A DNA stretch of 64,000 bases from an uncultured Rickettsiales bacterium (GTDB lineage Bacteria > Pseudomonadota > Alphaproteobacteria > Rickettsiales > JALZUV01), in NCBI GenBank assembly GCA_964654855.1, contig CAZZJS010000004.1:133146-197145 (forward strand), in the 5' to 3' direction. The notes below the pieces were generated by a model, which did no database searches, was not told the DNA's origin, and saw only the letters and a list, made by a program, of their open reading frames with translations. Below, piece by piece: positions 20,328 to 28,079 of the stretch. The translations under genes were made by a program, and so were the position numbers. Every line of letters begins with the position of its first letter. Position 1 is the stretch's first letter.

Positions 20328-21919
20328 ACAGCCTCACCTAGTGAGGCATTGACCAAATCTTTAGTATATTTTTGTTTGGGAGAATCAAATATTTGCTTAG
20401 CTGAACCCCATTCTACTAATTTGCCCGATTGCATCACCAGCACCTCATGACAAACAGCTCTAACCACCTGTAAATCATGACTAATAAATAAAAAACACAC
20501 TCCCGTTTTCTTTTGTAAATCTCTAAGCAATTCAACAATTTGCGCTTGTACTGTTACATCTAACGCCGAGGTAGGCTCATCCATCACGACCAAATCAGGT
20601 TTTAAAATCATGGCTCGTGCAATCGCAATACGCTGACGTTGACCACCTGAAAATTCATGAGGGTAACGATCTAGCATATTTGCCGATAAACCCAATTCTT
20701 CCAATGCGTTAACGGACAAAGCTCGTCGAGCCTCCCGTGAAAGCTCTGGACGATGAACCCTCAACCCCTCTCCAATAATCTCAGCAATGGAAAGGCGTGG
20801 ATTCAAGCTTCCAAACGGATCTTGGAATACAATTTGTAGATTAGAGCGCAATTTTTGAAGCTCTGAAGAGGGGAGATTTGAAATATCTTCACCCATAAAA
20901 ACAATTTTGCCTGATGCTTTTTGTAATCGTATTAATGCCATTGCAAGAGTCGTTTTGCCAGAACCTGACTCCCCTACAATACCCAGAGAATGCCCTTCCT
21001 TAACTTCTAATGAAATATCATTTGTCGCTATATTCCAGTTAGTTACCTTACCCCAAAAGTTTTTCTCGGTCGCAAACTTTACCTTAATATTTTCAGCAAT
21101 CAGAATAGACTTTGTATTTGAAACTGGAGCAGAGGGCTCGCCCTTTGGACGTGAAGCCAATAATTGACGTGAATATTCGTGTTTTGGTTTTTTAAAGAAG
21201 CTCTTTACCGGAGTAAGTTCCATCAATTCGCCTTGCCTCAGAACGGCCACTCGATCAGCCATTTGCTCAACAATCTTTAAATCATGGGTAATAAACAGAA
21301 TCGAAAGGTCCCGTTCTTTCTGTATTTTTTTCAATAGCCTGAGTATCTGTACCTGAAGTGTTACATCGACGGCAGTTGTTGGCTCATCCGCTAATAAAAG
21401 CTCCGGTTCACACGCAATAGCCATGGCAATCATCACACGTTGACGCTCACCCCCTGAAAGTTGATGTGGATAGGCATCCAAACGCGATATAAGCTTTGAG
21501 AGGCCCACTTCTTCTAAAAGCTGACAAATCTCATCTAAACGCTCTCTCTTGGAGCTTAAGGGTGTGTGGAGCTCTAATATCTCAGTAATTTGTTTACCAA
21601 TCGTATGAAGCGGATTAAGCGCTGTCATCGGCTCCTGAAAGATCATTGCAATCTGAGAACCTCTAATCTTTTGCATTTCTCGATCCGTCTTTTTTTGAAG
21701 TTCCTCATCCTTAAAGTATGTCTCACCCTTTATCTTAGAAGATCCAGGAAGCAACTTCATGAGGGATAATGCTGTTAGAGATTTGCCCGATCCAGACTCC
21801 CCAACAAGGGCTAAGGTTTCACCTTTTTTAATATCAAAACTAATATCTTTGACAGCATAACCCTCCTCCCCTTCAGGGCGAGAAAAGGAAATTGAAAGAT
21901 TTTTGATAGAAGCCAACAT
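20324..21919 (-). CDS. yejF: Duplicated-ATPase ABC transporter protein, YejF-like (peptide/microcin C type)
   Basis: 531 aa. Two Walker A motifs (GESGSGKS, GESGSGKT) and two LSGG signatures. Its stop overlaps the mnmE start (ATGA). Confidence 0.8.
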   Translation of the reverse strand: MLASIKNLSISFSRPEGEEGYAVKDISFDIKKGETLALVGESGSGKSLTALSLMKLLPGSSKIKGETYFKDEELQKKTDREMQKIRGSQIAMIFQEPMTALNPLHTIGKQITEILELHTPLSSKRERLDEICQLLEEVGLSKLISRLDAYPHQLSGGERQRVMIAMAIACEPELLLADEPTTAVDVTLQVQILRLLKKIQKERDLSILFITHDLKIVEQMADRVAVLRQGELMELTPVKSFFKKPKHEYSRQLLASRPKGEPSAPVSNTKSILIAENIKVKFATEKNFWGKVTNWNIATNDISLEVKEGHSLGIVGESGSGKTTLAMALIRLQKASGKIVFMGEDISNLPSSELQKLRSNLQIVFQDPFGSLNPRLSIAEIIGEGLRVHRPELSREARRALSVNALEELGLSANMLDRYPHEFSGGQRQRIAIARAMILKPDLVVMDEPTSALDVTVQAQIVELLRDLQKKTGVCFLFISHDLQVVRAVCHEVLVMQSGKLVEWGSAKQIFDSPKQKYTKDLVNASLGEAV

Positions 21920-21934
21920 GCTGGCAGATTAACG

Positions 21935-21984
21935 AAAAAGATCAGAGTTTCATCTTATTTTTCGATGAAACCAGAACTCTGATC
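21935..21984 (-). terminator. Rho-independent terminator after the patatin gene
   Basis: Long imperfect hairpin GATCAGAGTTTCATC (21940-21954) / GATGAAAC-cagaa-CTCTGATC (21964-21984). On the minus strand it is followed by T5 (A5 at 21935-21939). Confidence 0.7.
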
Positions 21985-22039
21985 ACGCTGAGCAGAGGGG
22001 CGAATTGGATCTTTAGGGATAATTCCACCAATTAGGCCT

Positions 22040-23302
22040 TTATCTGTTCTTTGTTTCACGCCATTTCTGAATTGCGTTTAAAGTCGTTGCATAGGCTGAT
22101 TTAATTAGCTGCTTTTTACGTGGATTGGTAAGTTCAAAATCTTTCCCATCCACTCCATCTCTATCTAAAGCTATGATTCTACTGGTTAAATGTGGATTTT
22201 TTTCTCTAACTCTTCCCATGGCATGAAAGCGTTTCGTTGCCTCATCCATCAATCGCTCACCTGCTTTCTTAGGTGTTTCTGTTCCTCCATATTTCTCAAT
22301 ATGTTTTTTTCCAACAGCCATCGCAATAAGGTCTGTCAGCTTTTGAGAAGCCCAACCTACTTTAGGTACATGTCCCATTTTTTGAGGTTTATCGGGGAAA
22401 AATTCACTCACCAGCCCTAAAACTCTATCATTTGCAATGCCATCTTTATCCATAGATGTCATGGGAATTGGTTGGGTGAACCCTCCATCCGTATAGCTTC
22501 GTATTACCCCTTTATCGTCTATAATATGTGCATTTCGAAACACAAATGGGTAAGAAGCTGAAGCACGGATTGCACTCGATAATGTCAAATTTGGCGTGTT
22601 TTTGGTGTTAAAAAGCGCATTTTCTTCACTTTTATGCCCTTTTTTGTCTTCTTTCACTTCTGCCGCGGCGACCTCTAATGATCGAAAACCTGAAGCAATC
22701 TCCATCATCGCATCAATAGATTGTTCTTCCGTTTCCATCTCAAAATCATATTTAAAATTTGCACGATCGCGTGAATGGCGACGAAAATGCCATTTGTGTT
22801 CCATCGCCCATTTATATTTTTCTTCAAAGAAGGTGCGATTACCTTGCTCAGCCTCTTTCCGATATTCCTCTAGATCACCAAAAGACAGTGCATCTTGTCC
22901 TATCCGCGTGGCACATAAGTTACTGATCCAACGACGCATTTCGCCACCACTAAAGATACCGTCGCGTTTTAAATTTTGTCGAAGACGCCTTAACCAACGA
23001 CCATTCGTACGACAAAAATATTTAAAGTTCTGATTAAGGGCAATTTCTTCTAACTTTTCACCTCTGTAGCCAAGCGACGACGCCAAAGCCACTATAGAGC
23101 CCGACGAACTGCCTGAAAATTTCTTCACATTATCAAGTAAACCTTGTTCATGTAATGCCCGCAAAGCCCCTGTATAGACCACTCCTGTGACGCCGGCACC
23201 CTCAAGTGCAACCATTTCGATATTATCCAGATTGGTTGTAAGATTAGGCCAATCTTTTGGTCTTTGGGTAATCTTAGGCATAGGATCGGAAGATGTATTC
23301 AT
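22040..23302 (-). CDS. Patatin-like phospholipase
   Basis: 420 aa. Oxyanion loop EGAGVTG (G-x-G-x-x-G), nucleophile elbow GSSSG (G-x-S-x-G) and catalytic Asp YTDGGF. Monocistronic, with its own terminator. Confidence 0.8.
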   Translation of the reverse strand: MNTSSDPMPKITQRPKDWPNLTTNLDNIEMVALEGAGVTGVVYTGALRALHEQGLLDNVKKFSGSSSGSIVALASSLGYRGEKLEEIALNQNFKYFCRTNGRWLRRLRQNLKRDGIFSGGEMRRWISNLCATRIGQDALSFGDLEEYRKEAEQGNRTFFEEKYKWAMEHKWHFRRHSRDRANFKYDFEMETEEQSIDAMMEIASGFRSLEVAAAEVKEDKKGHKSEENALFNTKNTPNLTLSSAIRASASYPFVFRNAHIIDDKGVIRSYTDGGFTQPIPMTSMDKDGIANDRVLGLVSEFFPDKPQKMGHVPKVGWASQKLTDLIAMAVGKKHIEKYGGTETPKKAGERLMDEATKRFHAMGRVREKNPHLTSRIIALDRDGVDGKDFELTNPRKKQLIKSAYATTLNAIQKWRETKNR

Positions 23303-23351
23303 ACATTCAGTATAGGCCCAAAAGGTTAAAAAACTTTAAGCGCGCAGCAGT

Positions 23352-23891
23352 TTATAATGATTTTTTATCCGGCAGCATACGCAACATCACCTCGTCTTTC
23401 AGGATAAAATAATGATAAATTGCGGCACCAACATGAAACAAAATAACGGCAATCATCGCATAGCCACCCCATTCATGTAAATCATTCATCAAGGCACCCA
23501 ATTCTTTATCTTTACCCACCAAAGGAGGAATAGGAATACCAAATACCGAAACCGGATGCCCCCCGGCTGAAGACATCATCCATCCCGCCAACGGCATAAG
23601 AAACATCAAGGCATAAAGTGCAATATGAGTGATTTTAGCGGCAATTTTATGCATTTTTGGGGTGTTTTCGGGTAATTTAGGCGGTTTTTTGATCATTCTC
23701 CAAATAAAGCGAAACGTCACTAACCCCAATACAATAATGCCAAATGCCTTATGCCAACCGTAAAAAACATATTTATCTGGCTTAGGCATTTCCACCATAA
23801 TCAAGCCAAGCGCCAGCAAACCAATCATCATCACCCCAACAATCCAATGAAAAACGATGGCAGTCTTATTATAACGCTGCATATCAACCAA
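23352..23891 (-). CDS. Cytochrome b561 family protein
   Basis: 179 aa, four TM helices, with His ligands in the FHWIV.../HKAFG.../HIALY.../HVGAAIYH pattern. Confidence 0.8.
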   Translation of the reverse strand: MVDMQRYNKTAIVFHWIVGVMMIGLLALGLIMVEMPKPDKYVFYGWHKAFGIIVLGLVTFRFIWRMIKKPPKLPENTPKMHKIAAKITHIALYALMFLMPLAGWMMSSAGGHPVSVFGIPIPPLVGKDKELGALMNDLHEWGGYAMIAVILFHVGAAIYHYFILKDEVMLRMLPDKKSL

Positions 23892-23895
23892 CCGA

Positions 23896-24348
23896 TTACT
23901 GAACGGAATCGGCCCCTTGTTTATTGAATTTCCCGATATTACCGATTAATTGCTCGATAAACCCATATTCCTGACCTTCTGTCGGTGTTTCACGGCCGGA
24001 GAAGCTCACCTGGCGCGTATCAGACTGATCATAATAGCGCAAATCATTCACCGTATCACCAGAGAAAGTCAAACGTAATACGTGACTATCCACCACTTCC
24101 GGAGCAAAAAACCCAACACCTTCTTTGCGCTGCGCCACATAATACCAAGCCTTACTACCAAACTGCCCTACAGCAGACGGGGTGCCAAGCATCTCTACCA
24201 CTTCAGCACGTGTTGTTTCATTAGGCGTAATTTGTTCTGCCGCCTCAACGAGTTGTTTTTTCCCGCGCTCCGCCACTTTTGGCTCACAGGCGCTGAGCAC
24301 TAGCAGAGCCATTGACCCCATCCAAACTATCTGCCACAAACGAGCCAT
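23896..24348 (-). CDS. bamE: Outer membrane protein assembly factor BamE (SmpA/OmlA lipoprotein)
   Basis: 150 aa. Lipobox LVLSAC and motif TRAEVVEMLGTPSAV..FGSKAWYYV, typical of alphaproteobacterial BamE. Confidence 0.8.
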   Translation of the reverse strand: MARLWQIVWMGSMALLVLSACEPKVAERGKKQLVEAAEQITPNETTRAEVVEMLGTPSAVGQFGSKAWYYVAQRKEGVGFFAPEVVDSHVLRLTFSGDTVNDLRYYDQSDTRQVSFSGRETPTEGQEYGFIEQLIGNIGKFNKQGADSVQ

Positions 24349-24922
24349 GTCATCCTCATCTTTATTTTCTACGCTTAAATCGATTGCTCAGTTCTTTCTA
24401 CCTGATGCACGCGAGCAAGCAATGTTAATTTATAGCGAGCTCCATAAACAAGCAAGAGAGCCTTGGTTTTATGAGGAAACCAAAGTGCCAAACACGCTTG
24501 ATGGCCGCTTCGAAATGCTAATTCTTCATATTTTTCTATGGATTAACCGTATGAAGCAGGAAAATAACTATACCCAAGCCTATGAACCCATCACCAAACA
24601 ACTACTAGAAGTGATGTTTGACGATATGGACACCGTATTGCGCGAACTTGGCGTAGGCGATACCGGCGTGGCCCGACGTATTAAAGCAATGGGCCAAGCG
24701 CTCTATGGCAGAGTGGAAGCTTATGAGGATGCTCTGGAAAGCAAACAAGCGATTCACGATACCATCCAGCGCAATGTTTATGCCGGCAAAGGCCATCCCG
24801 ATGATATTAATCTACTACAGTTATATCTCGGCCATATTGCAGACCATTTAAACCAATGCGATGCAAATCGTCTATCAGAGGGTAGTTTAGAGCTTCCTTC
24901 CATCGAAGAATTGCTGGAATAG
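24347..24922 (+). CDS. Ubiquinol-cytochrome c chaperone (Cbp3/UQCC1-like) family protein
   Basis: LYSELHKQAREPWFY...LDGRFEMLILHIFLWINRM fits the Ubiq_cyt_C_chap family. The track ORF starts at 24182 inside bamE, so I use ATG 24347. Confidence 0.7.
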   Translation: MSSSSLFSTLKSIAQFFLPDAREQAMLIYSELHKQAREPWFYEETKVPNTLDGRFEMLILHIFLWINRMKQENNYTQAYEPITKQLLEVMFDDMDTVLRELGVGDTGVARRIKAMGQALYGRVEAYEDALESKQAIHDTIQRNVYAGKGHPDDINLLQLYLGHIADHLNQCDANRLSEGSLELPSIEELLE

Positions 24923-25005
24923 CTATTCCTTTTATTGTCGGCGCTATCATGAAGCTAGTAGGCAAAATGGGCGCAAAACCTATAATTGTCATCAAACTGT
25001 CACTT

Positions 25006-25014
25006 TTATCCACA
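25006..25014. promoter_or_regulatory. Isolated perfect DnaA box TTATCCACA
   Basis: Exact 9-mer in the intergenic region, about 220 bp upstream of the lipoprotein gene. Confidence 0.4.
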
Positions 25015-25202
25015 AGCCAATTCAGTTATAGTCTAAGGGTATTATTTATGTCTTTCTATATCTTCGGATATAAGCATTTTTGCCGGGTTTTACACTCAGC
25101 ACTAACAGAAGAAGTTTAATAACCCCGCAGAAATGCAGGCATATTAATATTATTTCGAACCTTCCAAAAATGGATGGTTCAATGAAATCTATTTTTTAAT
25201 CC

Positions 25203-25221
25203 GTACCTGCAAAACAGGTAC
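25203..25221. promoter_or_regulatory. Perfect palindrome GTACCTG-caaaa-CAGGTAC just upstream of the lipoprotein start
   Basis: 7-bp arms with a 5-nt spacer, ending 14 nt before ATG 25236. Could be an operator or a 5'-UTR hairpin. Confidence 0.3.
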
Positions 25222-25235
25222 ACAAATTTTTCAAA

Positions 25236-26993
25236 ATGAAGAATTTACTCAAGCCTATGTTTATCATGGCAATTTTCGCAATGGCTCTTGGTTCTTGCTC
25301 TGATGAGCTAGGACTAGAACTAGAGCAAGACCTTGAACAACAAGAAACTCTAGATAACCTTGAAGCACCAGATGGTGATGGCGAGCTAGTCTTGGTTTCA
25401 CTTGAAGAAAACGAGTCGAATTTAGCCCCAGATGGTGAAATACTCGTTGAATCAAGAGGGTCAGACCCTTGGTTTGTTGATCTCGGATTTTTAAATGTTG
25501 TCAATTACGCTCAGGGCACTCCGGGCAATGTTAATTTCTTTTGGGAGTGCTGCCTCGAACGAGGTAATTGGGGAGATGGAAAACGTTATTACGTTCAAAC
25601 CTCCACCGGTACATCCAGACCTGGGTTTTTCTACGTCGATTTGACAATCGATGGGGATGCTATCGATGAATTTGGCTTTACAGCCATGTTTAGAGGTGGA
25701 GGGTTTATTGACCTCCCATTTGATGAAAACCTTCCACTTGTGGAGGTTTTTGTAGATGGAATGCATGTCGGGAACACCCGGCTTGATTTGTCAGAGTGGG
25801 GAACTACAGCGTTAGTTTTAACTTCGGTTGAAACTATGCCAGGCTTGAACTTGGATGCTGAATACTGCTATGCAGCTCAGCAATTCGGACATGTGGAGCC
25901 AGCAAATGTTTTTGAAACCATTTGTCTAACCCTAAAAACTACTAACGGCATTTTTGCTGTTAACATGGTAGAAGAAGGGTTGGAGGACGCAACAACAGGG
26001 AACTTAATACTTCCTATCGTTGAGGCATCTTTAACAGATGAAAGTACCGAGTTGGTGCAAATTCAGCTATTGGAAAGCTTGAGTGGCAACGATCCATTCA
26101 CCTTGTGGACTGTCCCAGATTACGCTGTCCATGGACCGGGTTCTATTGGTTGTCCAATTTCGCTTCAACCGCGAGATTGTGATGACGACCCAGTCGTTAA
26201 CTGTGATCCTTTACCGGATTGCACAGACACTGGTGTCAGAAACATTATCAACGATAGCCCTTCAGGGACGTTGGTTGATATATTTGATGACGTCATGCGC
26301 AGAAATGCAGATGATCGTATTGTAACCATTACCAACAGCGGGATTTCCGTCGATGGAACCAGCCGAAACACGCTGGCACGAATGACGGCTAATTCCAACA
26401 CCTTCGCTGAAAGCGTTGGAACCATTAGAAGAAGCGGTAGCCTTTCAGGCAACCGAGTTATCTTCAATGGTGGCAACACTTTTAGTATCCTTTTCGAAGG
26501 AGGAGGCGAGCTAGTAGTTGGGCCAGGTCAACACCCATACACAGCGTTTACTCCACTAGGAGTTTACAGCCTGATGTTGGACAGAGACAACCTCTCTAAC
26601 AATGGAGAGTTGGTCTTTGAACGACTCATCGATCAAGTCATCCCTGTAGTAGTTACAGGAACGACTAATGTGCTCGGAGAGATTCGAGTGCCGCATGAAA
26701 CGCTACAAGTGCTTGAAGCACAAGGAGCTAACGTTTTCGTCAACTTTGTTGACGATGCTGATGGCAAGGTCATTCGAGTCTACCAAGACTCAGATGGATG
26801 TCGCCATTTTATCGCGGGAGCGGCAGAATGGAATGGGTTAAAACCTGGGATAGACCTCGCAGTTGATAACATCGTCTTTTTTAGCGATGCAGTCGATTGC
26901 AGGATCGTATCTAGGGTTGGTTTCCCAGTCAGCAATATATTAGCTGACGACGGAAAGCACTATTACGCACCTATTGAGTCTTTAGACCTTTAG
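25236..26993 (+). CDS. Hypothetical acidic, Cys-rich lipoprotein (585 aa), no recognisable domain
   Basis: Lipobox ALGSC, an acidic N-terminal linker and a Cys cluster CPISLQPRDCDDDPVVNCDPLPDCTD. Followed by a strong terminator. Confidence 0.7.
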   Translation: MKNLLKPMFIMAIFAMALGSCSDELGLELEQDLEQQETLDNLEAPDGDGELVLVSLEENESNLAPDGEILVESRGSDPWFVDLGFLNVVNYAQGTPGNVNFFWECCLERGNWGDGKRYYVQTSTGTSRPGFFYVDLTIDGDAIDEFGFTAMFRGGGFIDLPFDENLPLVEVFVDGMHVGNTRLDLSEWGTTALVLTSVETMPGLNLDAEYCYAAQQFGHVEPANVFETICLTLKTTNGIFAVNMVEEGLEDATTGNLILPIVEASLTDESTELVQIQLLESLSGNDPFTLWTVPDYAVHGPGSIGCPISLQPRDCDDDPVVNCDPLPDCTDTGVRNIINDSPSGTLVDIFDDVMRRNADDRIVTITNSGISVDGTSRNTLARMTANSNTFAESVGTIRRSGSLSGNRVIFNGGNTFSILFEGGGELVVGPGQHPYTAFTPLGVYSLMLDRDNLSNNGELVFERLIDQVIPVVVTGTTNVLGEIRVPHETLQVLEAQGANVFVNFVDDADGKVIRVYQDSDGCRHFIAGAAEWNGLKPGIDLAVDNIVFFSDAVDCRIVSRVGFPVSNILADDGKHYYAPIESLDL

Positions 26994-27060
26994 GTTGTTA
27001 AGCATTACCGAGCTAACAGGATGTTAGCGCCAGCCCCGAAAGGCTGGTAAAATAAAGAAA

Positions 27061-27091
27061 GCTGTTCCCCTGAGGGGGAATGGCTTTTTTT
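27061..27091 (+). terminator. Rho-independent (probably bidirectional) terminator
   Basis: 10-bp stem GCTGTTCCCC/GGGGAATGGC (two G-U pairs), loop TGAG, then T7 (27085-27091). There is also a T-rich tract on the opposite strand. Confidence 0.8.
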
Positions 27092-27110
27092 ATTGCCTAG
27101 ATTTTTATGT

Positions 27111-27221
27111 TTTGCGTCCTATCGCGATTACTATCGCTCCAGTTACGCGACGCTTCGCTTGCTGATGGCTCACGCAGCCTACTTGCCGCGCCCTTATCCC
27201 TCTAAATCTCGACGAATGCTT
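27111..27221 (+). repeat. Copy A of a ~110-nt two-copy element (candidate structured RNA or recombination-prone repeat)
   Basis: Aligns with the reverse complement of 59858-59964. TTTGCGTCCT (10/10) is followed by a 20-nt variable block with a hairpin at the same offset. AGTTACGCGACGCTTCGCTTGCTGATGGCT (28/30) follows, then a roughly two-thirds-identical tail running ~20 nt into the xerC 3' end. Confidence 0.7.
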
Positions 27222-28077
27222 TGCGATAGCCTTCCAACAACCGAGCCGTATCTACCGCCGTGTAATGTTGGGTGGCAGCGAGGCTGGCATGACCAAGTAA
27301 CTCTTGAATAGATCGTAAATCAGCGCCTTCGGCCAGTAAGTGAGTCGCAAAACTATGACGAAATGCATGTGGAGTAGCTGTTTCGGGCAATCCAATTTGC
27401 GCACGCAGTTTTTGTAACTGTCGTCTAAAAACAGGCGGATTAAGCGGCTTGCCTATTTTCCCCAAAAACAAGGGTGAGTCTTTATCTCCCGCATAAGGAA
27501 TTTGCATTTCATAGGCCAATAGGGCCTCGCGCACCACAGGCAATAAGGGCACTAAACGCTCCTTCTTTCCCTTTCCCTCTACACGCAGCCATTCAGCATC
27601 CGACGTAATTTCACCCCTTTTTAATCCAAGCGCCTCACTAATGCGTAAACCACACCCATAAAGCAAAGCCAATAAAGCCTCATCACGCAATCCCAACCAA
27701 GGCTCAGACTGTAATATCGCTATTTCTTCCATCGCTTTCAGTGATTGAATTGCACTGACTGGCTTGGGCAAGGGTTTCGGTTTTTTGGGGCTACGTAGCC
27801 TTTGGATTGCCGTATTTTCCACTTTCGACCATTTAAAAAACCCTCGTAAGGCACTAATCGCCCGAGCATTACTACGTGGTGATTTACCCTCCTGCATTCG
27901 TTGCGCCAACCATTGGCGAAGATCCGGAAGGGTCGTTTTACTTAAACTTGCGAGAGTAGGGGGCTCTCCCAGAAAACCAGAAAAATGCAGGAGGTCATTG
28001 CTATAAGCAGTCACCGTATGTTCGGAATAACCCCGTTGCGTGGTGAGATAATCAAGATAATCCTGAATGAGCGACAT
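27202..28077 (-). CDS. xerC: Tyrosine recombinase XerC
   Basis: 291 aa. HAFRHSFATHLL...LLGHASLAATQHYT catalytic region. Called XerC because it follows a DUF484 (yigA-like) gene, as in the dapF-yigA-xerC arrangement. Confidence 0.85.
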   Translation of the reverse strand: MSLIQDYLDYLTTQRGYSEHTVTAYSNDLLHFSGFLGEPPTLASLSKTTLPDLRQWLAQRMQEGKSPRSNARAISALRGFFKWSKVENTAIQRLRSPKKPKPLPKPVSAIQSLKAMEEIAILQSEPWLGLRDEALLALLYGCGLRISEALGLKRGEITSDAEWLRVEGKGKKERLVPLLPVVREALLAYEMQIPYAGDKDSPLFLGKIGKPLNPPVFRRQLQKLRAQIGLPETATPHAFRHSFATHLLAEGADLRSIQELLGHASLAATQHYTAVDTARLLEGYRKAFVEI

Positions 28078-28079
28078 GG

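Noticed and set aside
22040-23302. The patatin gene as the CapV effector of a CBASS anti-phage system.
   Set aside because: There is no CD-NTase, cyclase or other sensor gene adjacent. The gene is monocistronic with its own terminator and is flanked by yejF-like and cytochrome b561 genes.
24949-25119. A 56-aa + strand ORF (MKLVGKMGAKPII...) in the spacer upstream of the lipoprotein gene.
   Set aside because: It has no Shine-Dalgarno, no recognisable features, and spans the DnaA box. I treat it as non-coding.
25196-25504. A 102-aa Ser/Pro-rich minus-strand ORF.
   Set aside because: It is a low-complexity antisense shadow of the acidic N-terminus of the 585-aa lipoprotein gene.
27092-27221. 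A dif site or other Xer recombination site immediately downstream of xerC.
   Set aside because: I could find no 28-bp dif-like sequence (two 11-bp arms around a 6-bp centre, ...CATAATGTATATTATG...-like). The conserved block is a different, longer repeat.
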